Shown: positions 55,433-64,000 of the stretch, one piece after another | Layout: each line of letters begins with the position of its first letter | Numbering within the stretch: position 1 is the stretch's first letter | Origin: a virus | Taxonomy: Duplodnaviria; Caudoviricetes | Length of the DNA: 64,000 bases | Virus record (IMG/VR): IMGVR_UViG_3300029818_000001 | Coordinates: 10,576 to 74,575 of that record | Direction: 5' to 3' (one strand) | Notes under the pieces: generated by a model | The model's input: only the letters and a program-made list of their open reading frames with translations | Databases searched by the model: none | Told to the model about the DNA's origin: nothing | Made by a program: the position numbers and the translations under genes

Positions 55433-55640
55433 TATGGCACAGGGTCCGGGCAAATATGACGATCTTTGCACCAAAGTCAGAGAAGAAGCGCAGGCGGTCG
55501 GCGCGGTTGTGATTGTGCTGAATGGCAATTGCGGCTCAGGCTTCTCGGTGCAGGGGCCGCCAGAGTTGTCAATCATGTTGCCAGAGCTGCTGGAGAGTCT
55601 CGCCTCGGAAATCAGAAGCGGAGCTGACGAGGTGCTTTGA
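55419..55640 (+). CDS. Small hypothetical protein
   Basis: 73 aa. Confidence 0.5.
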   Translation: MRANNMAQGPGKYDDLCTKVREEAQAVGAVVIVLNGNCGSGFSVQGPPELSIMLPELLESLASEIRSGADEVL

Positions 55641-55726
55641 GTGGGCGATTTGTCAAACAGTAGTAAATCCTATCTCTGCGTGAGAAAATAAGTCACTGTT
55701 TAATTACTACATAGGAGTGTGTCGCA

Positions 55727-56116
55727 ATGCTATCGGTTGCAACGATCTGTTTGGCAATGAACATTTATCACGAATCAAGAGGGGAGCCGCTGATAGGTCA
55801 GTATGCGGTGGCTCATGTCACAATGAATCGCGTAGAGAGTGAAAAGCACCCCAATGATGTGTGCGGTGTGGTCTTCAAGAAGGGGGCTTTTCACTGGACG
55901 GCGGATAAGCGAAGCGTCGAGATCGCAGCAAAAAAGATGAAAAAGCAATTAGAGCTGGAGAGTTGGTCGATGTCGGTTTTGATCGCTAAGAACGTATTGG
56001 CTGGACGCTCAAAAGACATAACTCGTGGCGCTTTGTTTTTTAATGAGAAATCGATGGGTCGCCGTTTTAAAACCAATGTGCCGACCTTAAAAATAAGTAG
56101 CCACATTTTTTACTAA
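55727..56116 (+). CDS. Cell wall hydrolase, SleB/Hydrolase_2 family
   Basis: CLAMNIYHESRGEP, VAHVTMNR, CGVV...FHW, HIFY. Confidence 0.85.
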   Translation: MLSVATICLAMNIYHESRGEPLIGQYAVAHVTMNRVESEKHPNDVCGVVFKKGAFHWTADKRSVEIAAKKMKKQLELESWSMSVLIAKNVLAGRSKDITRGALFFNEKSMGRRFKTNVPTLKISSHIFY

Positions 56117-56135
56117 GCAAGAGGATAAGTTACGA

Positions 56136-56387
56136 ATGAGTAGATTAAATCTAAAAGTGGGCGACATTGTTCGCATTCCAAAATACAGCAGATTATTTGG
56201 GAAGGTGGACTCATCGGTAGACCGTCAAATGGCGAAAATCACCTATCGAGTTACTAAAGTTCAGAAAGACTTTTGTGGCTCTGATGAGGAGGGTTGGTTT
56301 GACGATATATCGCTAGTCGAAGCTGAGACTGGCGAAAGATTCCCCTACATGCTCTGCGACGCAAGCGTGGAGAAAATCAATGCGTGA
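56136..56387 (+). CDS. Small hypothetical protein
   Basis: 83 aa, GAGG RBS, LKVGD start. Confidence 0.55.
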   Translation: MSRLNLKVGDIVRIPKYSRLFGKVDSSVDRQMAKITYRVTKVQKDFCGSDEEGWFDDISLVEAETGERFPYMLCDASVEKINA

Positions 56388-56574
56388 TGTATCGGGTAAC
56401 AAACTAAGCGTGGGCGACAAAGTAGCGACCGTGTTTGACGGCTATGCGCATCTTGAGGTTGCCAGAGTCATTGGTTTCACGCCGGTTAAGGTTCGGGTTG
56501 AACAAGCCACAGGCTCGGCTTATACGAAATACCCTAATCAGGTTTCAAAAGTCGTTATTACACCTGTATTTTAG
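56380..56574 (+). CDS. Small SH3/KOW-like hypothetical protein
   Basis: DVSGNKLSVGDKVA...GFTPVKVRV. Confidence 0.55.
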   Translation: MRDVSGNKLSVGDKVATVFDGYAHLEVARVIGFTPVKVRVEQATGSAYTKYPNQVSKVVITPVF

Positions 56575-56583
56575 TGAGTATTT

Positions 56584-56742
56584 ATGAATAAGCGAAGCAA
56601 TAAAAACAGCAGATCGCCAAATCCACGCAGATTTAGCCGCTATTACAAATCAAGACCTCAACCGGAGTCTATTTGGGACTCTCATTACGGCGGCAAAGAC
56701 AGTCCGCCCAGAGGCATATCGGCGAAAGTTTACGATGATTAA
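56584..56742 (+). CDS. 52-aa Arg/Ser-rich ORF (below ORF-track cutoff)
   Basis: MNKRSNKNSRSPNPRRFSRYYK...VYDD fills the gap before sbcD; weak RBS. Confidence 0.35.
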   Translation: MNKRSNKNSRSPNPRRFSRYYKSRPQPESIWDSHYGGKDSPPRGISAKVYDD

Positions 56743-56810
56743 AGGAATGTTATGAAAATAAAGATGTTTAAGAGAGTGAGTAGAGAGTTGAGTATAAATT
56801 GGAGGTGGAT

Positions 56811-57839
56811 ATGAAACCCTACGCATTATTGTCGGACCTGCATTTTCATAGCTGGTCAACCTTTTCAACCGTCAATGAAAGTGGCGTCAACAGTCGTTTG
56901 CAAACTATTATCAATGAGGTTCTTCGGGCGAAAGAAGAACTCGTCAAGGCCGGAGGAGACACGATGATTCTGGCGGGTGATTTGTTTCACACAAGAGGCT
57001 CGGTATCGCCGGAGGTTTTAAATCCCGTTATTGAACTGTTTGAGACCATTGTGGCCGATGGCATCACCGTTCATGCAATCCCTGGTAATCACGATCTATC
57101 ATCCAAAGACTCGTCTTGGTTGACCAACGCAGCGTCGGCACTGATACCGGCTGGCGTAAGAATGGCGCATCAGCCACTCGCAGGATCGGATATTGTGTTA
57201 ATACCCTGGTTTAGCTCTATCGAAGAGTTGAAGAGAGAGCTGGAAAAGCATGTCTCTCCCAATAAGGATGTCATTATTCATGCGCCTGTCGATGACGTGA
57301 TACCCGGTCTGCCAAGTCACGGATTGGACGCCGATTATCTGTCGAGACTTGGCTACAAGCGTGTTTTCTCAGGTCACTATCATTGCTACAAAAACTTTGG
57401 AAATGGCGTCTATTCGATCGGAGCAACGACGCACCAAACTTGGTCGGATGTTAACTCTAAGGCGGGGTTTCTACTCGTTTATCCCGACTTGGTAAAGCGT
57501 TACGACACGCATGCGCCTAAGTTTGTCGACATCTATGGTGACATGGATGAAGAAGAAATGATGATCTGTGATGGCAACTATTGTCGAGTCAAGATCGGCA
57601 AGGCGACACCGGCTGAGATTAACGACATTCGTGAAGAGTTATTAAGTTACGGCGCTAAAGGCGTGGTAATTCAAGCAGTTAAACAGACTGAAATTGAGGA
57701 GCGTAGCGTCTCTGCTATTAAGAGCATCACCACGCTAAATCAGTCGGTGGCTATGTATATTGAAGACAAGTTTGGCAAAGACGAAGAGCTGATTAAGCTT
57801 TGCGATGACATTCTTGAAGAGATCGAGGAGATAGAATGA
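56811..57839 (+). CDS. sbcD: SbcD/Mre11-like nuclease
   Basis: SDLH, AGDLFH, PGNHD, SGHYH; GGAGG RBS. Confidence 0.92.
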   Translation: MKPYALLSDLHFHSWSTFSTVNESGVNSRLQTIINEVLRAKEELVKAGGDTMILAGDLFHTRGSVSPEVLNPVIELFETIVADGITVHAIPGNHDLSSKDSSWLTNAASALIPAGVRMAHQPLAGSDIVLIPWFSSIEELKRELEKHVSPNKDVIIHAPVDDVIPGLPSHGLDADYLSRLGYKRVFSGHYHCYKNFGNGVYSIGATTHQTWSDVNSKAGFLLVYPDLVKRYDTHAPKFVDIYGDMDEEEMMICDGNYCRVKIGKATPAEINDIREELLSYGAKGVVIQAVKQTEIEERSVSAIKSITTLNQSVAMYIEDKFGKDEELIKLCDDILEEIEEIE

Positions 57840-59764
57840 AGATATTAGCTTTGGAAATAAGTAACTTTCTCACCGTGGGGGAGAGTCCTATTGCATTGAC
57901 TCTCGATAACAAAGGTCTTTGCTTGCTGCAAGGTGAGAACCGCGACGATAGTAGCGCCGCATCCAACGGCGCCGGTAAATCCACGATCGCCGATGCGATC
58001 TATTGGTGCTTATTTGGACAAACCGCCCGTGGCGAATCTGGCGATGCGGTAATCAATAACAAGACGAAAAAAGGGTGCTCTGTGGGGCTTGTCGTCGAGG
58101 ACGATGGCGTTCAGTATCTCATTGGGCGCCATCGTAAGCACAAGACTCACAAAAACTCGCTTGTGGTATTTGCAGATATGGTTAATTTAACCAAAGGCAC
58201 CGACAAGTTGACGCAAGAGCTGGTTGAGCAAATTGTCGGCTGCTCGCAACAGGTCTTTAAGGCTGCGGTTTATGCCGGTCAAGATTCGATGCCGGATTTA
58301 CCAGGCATGACCGACAAATACTTGAAGGAGATTGTTGAAGAGGCTGCGGGTATCAATCGGCTATCTGCCGCTCATGACGTGGCGAAAAAGAGGTTAGCCA
58401 AGATCGATATGTCAATAAGAGATATCGAGGGCGAAATAAAGGTCAACGACACACTTGCATCTAATGCCGAAGACGCTCTAAAGGATGTCTCTGTAAATAT
58501 TTCTGATTTTGAAAGTAAAAGAGTTGGCGATATAGCTGATATCGACGCCAAGATATCATCGGCAAAGGTCGTTATACAGTCGCATCAAGCTGATCTTGAT
58601 AAAGTCCCTGTTGCCTCTATCTTGAGCGATCTCGACGCTCTTGACGACCTGCTAAAGAGCGAGTTAATTAAGCGAGCCGATCTTGAAGGTGACGAGAGAG
58701 ACAAGAGCGATAAGGTTAAATTAATAGCCAATCAATACAAGGCCATGAAGATGATGGCTGAATCAAAGCTGAGCGATGTCAAAAATATACAGGCAAAAGT
58801 CGGCCAGCCGTGCGGTGAGTGTGGCAAGCATTATCACGAAGATGATCTTGATGCAGCCTCTAATATTGCGAAAAATGACTTGCGCTCAATGAAAAGCGCA
58901 CTGTCGGCTTTGAAGAGTGAGCACGAGACGGCGAAAAACGAGCACGAAACGGCATTAGCGGCGCTTTCGTCGGCGAGCGGTCTAACCGGTATCATTTCGT
59001 CTTTCGAAGCTCAGAAGCGCAGCTTACAGAAGAGGTTGGATGACGCTAAATTTATCGAAAGAGAAATTAATGGTGAGAGAGCTGTTATTAAAAATCTTGA
59101 GGCAATGCGATTGAAGGCGCAGAGTGCCGATAATCCTTTCGAGGCATCTAAAAAGAAAATTTGCGCCAATTTAAAGACGGCAAATGAGATATTGACGAAG
59201 GCAAAAGCTGATCTTGACGAGGCTCTTAAAGAGCGGGGCTTGATCGAAAAGGCGGTCGCGGTGTTTGGACCGGCGGGGGTGAGGGCGCACATTCTCGATA
59301 CCGTTACGCCTATCTTGAATGACCGAACCTCTTATTACCTGTCGGTGTTGTCAGATGGCAACATCAGCGCCGTGTGGAACACGCTGTCGAAAACCAAGTC
59401 GGGCGAGCTGCGCGAGCGATTTAAGATTGAGGTTGAAAGCGAAACAGGGGGCAGTAACTTCGGTGGGCTGTCGGGTGGCGAAAAGCGCAAGGTTAGATTG
59501 GCTACGGCAATGGCTCTGCAAGATTTGGTTGCTGGACGCGCATCGAAGCCTATCGAGCTTTGGGTAGCCGATGAGATTGATGATGCGTTGGATGACGCTG
59601 GTCTTGAGCGATTGATGACGGTGCTTGAAGACAAAGCGAAAGAGAAAGGCACGGTGTTGATAATTTCGCATAATTCGCTTGAAAATTGGGTTAGAAATTG
59701 CACGACCGTCATCAAGGAAGGTGGCTTTTCACGCTTAGAAGGTGACTTAAGTGTTGAAAGATAG
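57836..59764 (+). CDS. sbcC: SbcC/Rad50-like ATPase
   Basis: NGAGKS, Zn hook CGEC, LSGGEK, ADEIDDALD, ISH. Confidence 0.93.
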   Translation: MKILALEISNFLTVGESPIALTLDNKGLCLLQGENRDDSSAASNGAGKSTIADAIYWCLFGQTARGESGDAVINNKTKKGCSVGLVVEDDGVQYLIGRHRKHKTHKNSLVVFADMVNLTKGTDKLTQELVEQIVGCSQQVFKAAVYAGQDSMPDLPGMTDKYLKEIVEEAAGINRLSAAHDVAKKRLAKIDMSIRDIEGEIKVNDTLASNAEDALKDVSVNISDFESKRVGDIADIDAKISSAKVVIQSHQADLDKVPVASILSDLDALDDLLKSELIKRADLEGDERDKSDKVKLIANQYKAMKMMAESKLSDVKNIQAKVGQPCGECGKHYHEDDLDAASNIAKNDLRSMKSALSALKSEHETAKNEHETALAALSSASGLTGIISSFEAQKRSLQKRLDDAKFIEREINGERAVIKNLEAMRLKAQSADNPFEASKKKICANLKTANEILTKAKADLDEALKERGLIEKAVAVFGPAGVRAHILDTVTPILNDRTSYYLSVLSDGNISAVWNTLSKTKSGELRERFKIEVESETGGSNFGGLSGGEKRKVRLATAMALQDLVAGRASKPIELWVADEIDDALDDAGLERLMTVLEDKAKEKGTVLIISHNSLENWVRNCTTVIKEGGFSRLEGDLSVER

Positions 59765-60248
59765 CTATGGGTTAAATCTTGAGGAGCTGATTTCGTCAAT
59801 CAATGAAGACCTTGCAGACCTTCATACGTCAAACTCTGTTGGACTTCCGACATTTGTGGCTCATTCGCCCATTAGCGTGGCGATAAAGACGGACATGGGT
59901 TGGCGCACCACCAATCTGATGGGTGACACCGTGACCCTCATCGGCTTAAGAATTGGAATTAAGGCGGTGATTTGTCAATTTTTAAATGGCTACTCCAGCC
60001 CCTTGAATTGCTACCCAGGCTTTGACGGAGTTGGCTTAATCGAGATAGGTCTCGCCAAAAGTGAGGCTTCTTTGAGCGACTTCAAGGAGTGGTTACTGAT
60101 TCAGATAGATTTGGAGTGCTATCTATCTGAATACATCGAGAAGCATGAGCTAGACGTAGGTCACTTTAAGAAAAACAAGGTGAAAAAGGTGAGTGTAGAG
60201 AGAAATAAAATTGAGAGACCTGCTGACACATTATGGGGGAGCTGGTAG
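59751..60248 (+). CDS. Hypothetical protein ending WGSW
   Basis: 165-aa ORF overlapping the end of sbcC. Confidence 0.55.
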   Translation: MLKDSYGLNLEELISSINEDLADLHTSNSVGLPTFVAHSPISVAIKTDMGWRTTNLMGDTVTLIGLRIGIKAVICQFLNGYSSPLNCYPGFDGVGLIEIGLAKSEASLSDFKEWLLIQIDLECYLSEYIEKHELDVGHFKKNKVKKVSVERNKIERPADTLWGSW

Positions 60249-60295
60249 CGAAGCGCTTGAGGCCATTTTGATAACATATTTCAAACGAGGTGAAT

Positions 60296-60457
60296 ATGAA
60301 AGACCATGAGATAGCAATACTGGTTAACTGCATTCGCGATAAGTTAAACGAGCGTATACCCAACTTGCCACAATGTCTTCGCGGGCTAATTAGCGAAGCG
60401 GTGGTTGACAGTCTGGAGAAGCAAGGCTTAAGAGTTGATAAAAAGGAAAGCGAATGA
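60296..60457 (+). CDS. 53-aa hypothetical protein (below ORF-track cutoff)
   Basis: GAGGTG RBS; MKDHEIAILVN...; TGA overlaps the ruvC ATG. Confidence 0.6.
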   Translation: MKDHEIAILVNCIRDKLNERIPNLPQCLRGLISEAVVDSLEKQGLRVDKKESE

Positions 60458-61032
60458 ATGAAATTAAAATTGTGGGTATTGACCCATCGCTACGCAACTT
60501 TGGCGTAGTAAGAGCGACGATTAACCCCGACAGTTTGGTGGTATCGATCGAGTCTGTTCGTCTAATACAGCCCTCGGAGAACAAGACGGCTAAAAAACAG
60601 GTGAGAAAAAACAGCGACGATTTGCGCCGAGCTAGATGGTTGCAGAGTAATATGATTGAAGCGTGTCGCGATTGCGCCTTCGCGCTTGTCGAAATGCCCG
60701 TAGGTTCGCAATCTGCGAGAGCGATGGCTAGTTACGGGATAGTTACGGGCGTGTTATCGAGCTGCCCAATACCTATTATCGAAGTAACGCCAACAGAAGT
60801 TAAGCTGGCTGGCGCCGGCCATAAAACCGCATCGAAGCAGGAGATGATAGATTGGGCAGTAGACAAGCACCCTGAGGCAAAGTGGTTGCGCCGTAAGCTA
60901 AAGAGCGAGATGGTTTTGATGGGTGGCAATGAGCATATCGCGGATGCGTTGGCAGCTATCTACGCAGGCATCAATAGCGAACAATTTAAAACTGCTCTGG
61001 CTATGTATAGGCAATTGAATAAAGCCGCCTAA
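60454..61032 (+). CDS. ruvC: RuvC-like Holliday junction resolvase
   Basis: VGIDPSLRNFG, VEMP, ASKQEMI, EHIADALA. Confidence 0.88.
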   Translation: MNEIKIVGIDPSLRNFGVVRATINPDSLVVSIESVRLIQPSENKTAKKQVRKNSDDLRRARWLQSNMIEACRDCAFALVEMPVGSQSARAMASYGIVTGVLSSCPIPIIEVTPTEVKLAGAGHKTASKQEMIDWAVDKHPEAKWLRRKLKSEMVLMGGNEHIADALAAIYAGINSEQFKTALAMYRQLNKAA

Positions 61033-61041
61033 TTTTAAAGT

Positions 61042-61057
61042 AAGTAACGGGTGAATG
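61042..61057. promoter_or_regulatory. Degenerate operator-like site upstream of nrdA
   Basis: AAGTAA-CGGG-TGAATG. Confidence 0.45.
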
Positions 61058-61099
61058 TGTTATATTTTTCACCCATTTTAATTAATTGAAGAATAGTGT

Positions 61100-64000
61100 A
61101 TGGATAACATGAACGTCATTAAGAGAAGCGGCTCGGTCGAGTCTTTAAATATTCAAAAAATTCACGATGCTACTAGGTATGCCACCGAAGGCTTGAGCGC
61201 ATCGCAATCGGAACTGGAAACCGCAGCGCATTTGATGCTATTTGATGGCATCAAGACGGCCGATATCCACAAGGCGCTAATTGTGTCGGCGGCGGGACTT
61301 ATATCGGAGGAGTGCCCCGACTATACCTACGCGGCGGCGAGACTGCTGCTGCAAACCATCTACAAAGAAGTGACGGGTGGGTCCATATCTTACCCATCGC
61401 TTGAGCTATATATTGAAAAGAGTATCTCAGAAGGTCAGCTAGACCCGCGCTTGGCTACTGACTTTGATCTGCACTATTTGAACGGCTTTATTAAGCCAGA
61501 GAATGACTTTCTGTTTGATTATTTGGGACTTCAAACGCTGGCGGATCGCTACTTAATTACAGAGAGATCCACGGCGAGCAAGCGATCAAAGATTATCGAG
61601 TTACCTCAGCACTTTTGGATGCGCGTGGCGATGGGTGTCGCTTTGGCCGAAAAAGAAAATAAGACAGCGTGGGCGGCTGAATTTTACTTAACAATATCCA
61701 ACTTTTGGTTTGTCCCGTCTACACCAACGCTCTTTAATGCCGGCACGAATCACCCTCAACTGAGTTCATGCTATGGCAACACAGTTGAAGACTCTATCGA
61801 TGGCATCTTTGAAACCATGCACGAATGCGCTCGATTTTCCAAGCATGCTGGTGGAATCGGCACCGACTGGACGCGGGTGCGGTCGGCCGGCAGTCCGGTA
61901 TTGGGAACCAATGGCAAAAGTTCCGGCGTTATTCCCTATCTGAAGGTCTTTAACGACGCGGCAGTCAGTGTTAATCAAGGGGGAAAAAGAAACGGCGCCT
62001 TTGCGGCTTATCTTGAGCCGTGGCACCCAGATTTTCCAGACTTCATCGATCTAAAGAAAAACTCTGGCGATGAAAGAAGAAGAGCGCACGATATCTATCC
62101 CGCTGCCTGGATTCCCGACTTATTCATGAAGCGCGTTGAGAGTGGCGAGATGTGGTCCTTCATCGATCCTACCGATGCGCCTGAGCTACATGAGGCGTAT
62201 GGTCATGAATTCGAATCGCTCTATGCGCACATTGAGAATGACAAGCCTCATTTGGTTCGTTCACAAATGCCGGCCAAAGATTTGTGGCGCAAAATGCTGA
62301 CCAGCTTATTTGAAACCGGTCATCCGTGGATCACTTTTAAGGATACGCACAACAATCGCAACCCGCAGTCACACGTAGGCGTCATTCACAATACTAATCT
62401 TTGCTGTATGACTGGCGATCAGCGTGTCGTTACTGACGCAGGCATTTTAACCGTTAAAGAGCTTTACGACAGTCAACGTAAGAATAAAGTAGTAGGCTTG
62501 ACTGAATTTAGCGATGCGTCTGAAATGCTGTTACCAAGACCGGATGCGCCGATTGTTGAGATTCAAACTGCCGAAGGCTACTCTCACAAAGTAACGCCTG
62601 ATCATAGGGTTTGGGTTAAAGATAAAGGCTGGGTAGAAGCGCAAAACTTGATAGCTGGTGACAAATTGCTCACTCAGCAGATTGAGGGTATGTTTGGCGA
62701 CATTCATCAGCCGAAATTGGCGCTTATTTCTGGCTTAATTGCGGGTGACGGGACATATCTCGGCAAGGATAATTCCATCTCCGTTTGTATCGATTTATGG
62801 GGAGATAAGACTGGAAAGTTTAGAGATGTTATAGAGCGCATTGTTGAGGAGGTAATTCTTGACGACTGCGCAGTAACTACATCCTCTCTTTCACCAAAAT
62901 TCAATAAGAATAAGTCGAAAGATATGTGGAGGCTATGCAGCGCGCCGTTAGCTAGAGTTCTCGATGGCTTTGGCTTCAATAAGGATACTAAACTAAAGGT
63001 TCCTGATTTTGTGTGGAAAGGCACGAAGCCGACGGTTATGGGCTATTTGAGAGGCTTATATTTGGCCGACGGAAATATTCAGGTTGGCAAAGGCGCAACT
63101 ACGATGGCTTTGTCGTCAGTCGATAGAGAATTTCTTAAAGATATTCAAATACTGTGGGCAAACTTCGGCGTAAAGACTTCAATTGGTAAATTGCGCGATA
63201 GCGAGTTAACCGATTTTAACGACGGCTATGGCGCTTACGAATGTAAGTCTTGCTGGAGACTTCTAATTACATCCATTCAAGGCTGTCAGATCGCTGAGAG
63301 AGTGACAATGCTGGGTAAATTTAGAACCGGCGACAGCGCCGACACTTTCGTAAGTAATTTGAAAAAGCAAGGCTATAAGCAAAAGCTGTATGCGACATTT
63401 ACAGATCTCATTGATTTACCCAATGAAGACGCTTATTGTTTGACAGTTGACTCTGAAACCCATGCTTGGACCGTAAATGGGTTGATTACGCATAATACCG
63501 AAATAAGCCTGAATAATAGCGATACCGAAAGCTTCGTTTGCAACTTAGGCTCAATCAATTTGGCTAAGGTCACTGAGCATGATTACCGCGAGGTGTTCGA
63601 GAAGGTTATCCCCGTAGCTATGCGAATGCTGGATAATGTTGTCGACGTTAACTTCTACCCATCGGAAAAAGCCAGACGCTCGAATCTAAAGAGTCGACCT
63701 GTTGGTTTGGGTATGATGGGTTACACCGAATTGCTGGTTAAAAGCGGCATCGAGTGGGAGTCCGTCGATCATTTGATGTTTGCCGAAGAGTTATCGGAGT
63801 GCTTTGCCTATCATGCGACGAAGGCTTCGTGTGATTTAGCGAGAGAGCGGGGCGCCTATGAAACCTTTAATGACTCCAGATGGGATAGAGGCATTTTGCC
63901 GATTGATACGGCGGTGCGGCTGTCAGATATCGTTGGTTTTGATGTCGCTCACACCACTCTTTGCGATTGGCCTCAATTGCGCAATGACATAAGAAAGCAC
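61100..64000 (+). CDS. nrdA: Class Ia ribonucleotide reductase alpha subunit, partial (runs off the window), intein-containing
   Basis: ATP cone MNVIKRSG, PSTPTLFNAG, LSSC, GGIG, NQGGKRNGA, NLC/TEI split by intein, VCNLGSINL, RPVGLG; absent from the ORF track because it has no stop in the window. Confidence 0.95.
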   Translation, partial: MDNMNVIKRSGSVESLNIQKIHDATRYATEGLSASQSELETAAHLMLFDGIKTADIHKALIVSAAGLISEECPDYTYAAARLLLQTIYKEVTGGSISYPSLELYIEKSISEGQLDPRLATDFDLHYLNGFIKPENDFLFDYLGLQTLADRYLITERSTASKRSKIIELPQHFWMRVAMGVALAEKENKTAWAAEFYLTISNFWFVPSTPTLFNAGTNHPQLSSCYGNTVEDSIDGIFETMHECARFSKHAGGIGTDWTRVRSAGSPVLGTNGKSSGVIPYLKVFNDAAVSVNQGGKRNGAFAAYLEPWHPDFPDFIDLKKNSGDERRRAHDIYPAAWIPDLFMKRVESGEMWSFIDPTDAPELHEAYGHEFESLYAHIENDKPHLVRSQMPAKDLWRKMLTSLFETGHPWITFKDTHNNRNPQSHVGVIHNTNLCCMTGDQRVVTDAGILTVKELYDSQRKNKVVGLTEFSDASEMLLPRPDAPIVEIQTAEGYSHKVTPDHRVWVKDKGWVEAQNLIAGDKLLTQQIEGMFGDIHQPKLALISGLIAGDGTYLGKDNSISVCIDLWGDKTGKFRDVIERIVEEVILDDCAVTTSSLSPKFNKNKSKDMWRLCSAPLARVLDGFGFNKDTKLKVPDFVWKGTKPTVMGYLRGLYLADGNIQVGKGATTMALSSVDREFLKDIQILWANFGVKTSIGKLRDSELTDFNDGYGAYECKSCWRLLITSIQGCQIAERVTMLGKFRTGDSADTFVSNLKKQGYKQKLYATFTDLIDLPNEDAYCLTVDSETHAWTVNGLITHNTEISLNNSDTESFVCNLGSINLAKVTEHDYREVFEKVIPVAMRMLDNVVDVNFYPSEKARRSNLKSRPVGLGMMGYTELLVKSGIEWESVDHLMFAEELSECFAYHATKASCDLARERGAYETFNDSRWDRGILPIDTAVRLSDIVGFDVAHTTLCDWPQLRNDIRKH
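62405..63496 (+). mobile_element. 364-aa intein with LAGLIDADG endonuclease in NrdA
   Basis: Starts CMTGDQRV, block B VTPDH, ISGLIAGDG and LRGLYLADG motifs, ends ITHN, +1 residue Thr. Confidence 0.95.

Larger units (their letters stand above)
55194..55694 (+). repeat. 17-bp direct repeat GCGTGAGAAAATAAGTC running into operator-like sites
   Basis: Exact copies at 55194-55210 and 55678-55694. Confidence 0.8.

Noticed and set aside
775-63024. Numerous 60-180 aa - strand ORFs in the track
   Set aside because: All but the XRE repressor lie antisense to long, motif-supported + strand genes and show no motifs of their own.
1-64000. Alternative genetic code or stop-codon recoding
   Set aside because: Long conserved genes read through intact in the standard code, and TAA, TAG and TGA all serve as stops.

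Overview
The whole window is phage DNA, with no host genes or integration junction. It appears to be part of a large temperate siphovirus. Bases 338-33391 are a + strand morphogenesis block: terminase (TerL with a LAGLIDADG intein), portal, scaffold, capsid, neck, tail tube, -1 frameshifted tail chaperones, a 1514-aa tape measure, lambda-like M/L/K/I/J tail tip, fibre cassette, holin-like gene and PhoH. Bases 33492-64000 hold an extensive DNA-metabolism block: Hfq-like protein, helicase, primase, integrase, XRE repressor, CobT/CobS-like pair, DnaE, NAD ligase, SSB, 5'-3' exonuclease, RecA, SbcCD, RuvC and an intein-containing NrdA that runs off the end. The gene set resembles SSU5/pHCM2-type phage-plasmids (inference from recalled gene content, not a search). 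The most notable features not explained by standard annotation are: (1) two homologous ~110-bp inverted-repeat/AT-rich elements in opposite orientation that bracket the virion module; (2) about 20 copies of a 16-bp palindrome, AAGTCA-N4-TGACTT, in front of both late and replication genes; (3) a Hint domain with no +1 nucleophile at the N-terminus of the tail tip protein J; (4) a phage Hfq-like gene directly ahead of helicase-primase; (5) an apparently intact attP (arm repeats, IHF boxes) around a complete tRNA-Leu(CAG), flanked by an active integrase and a catalytically degenerate integrase-like ORF; (6) three unrelated ORFs ending in [YW]G[SN]W. Protein calls rest on motif recognition by eye; no database searches were run.
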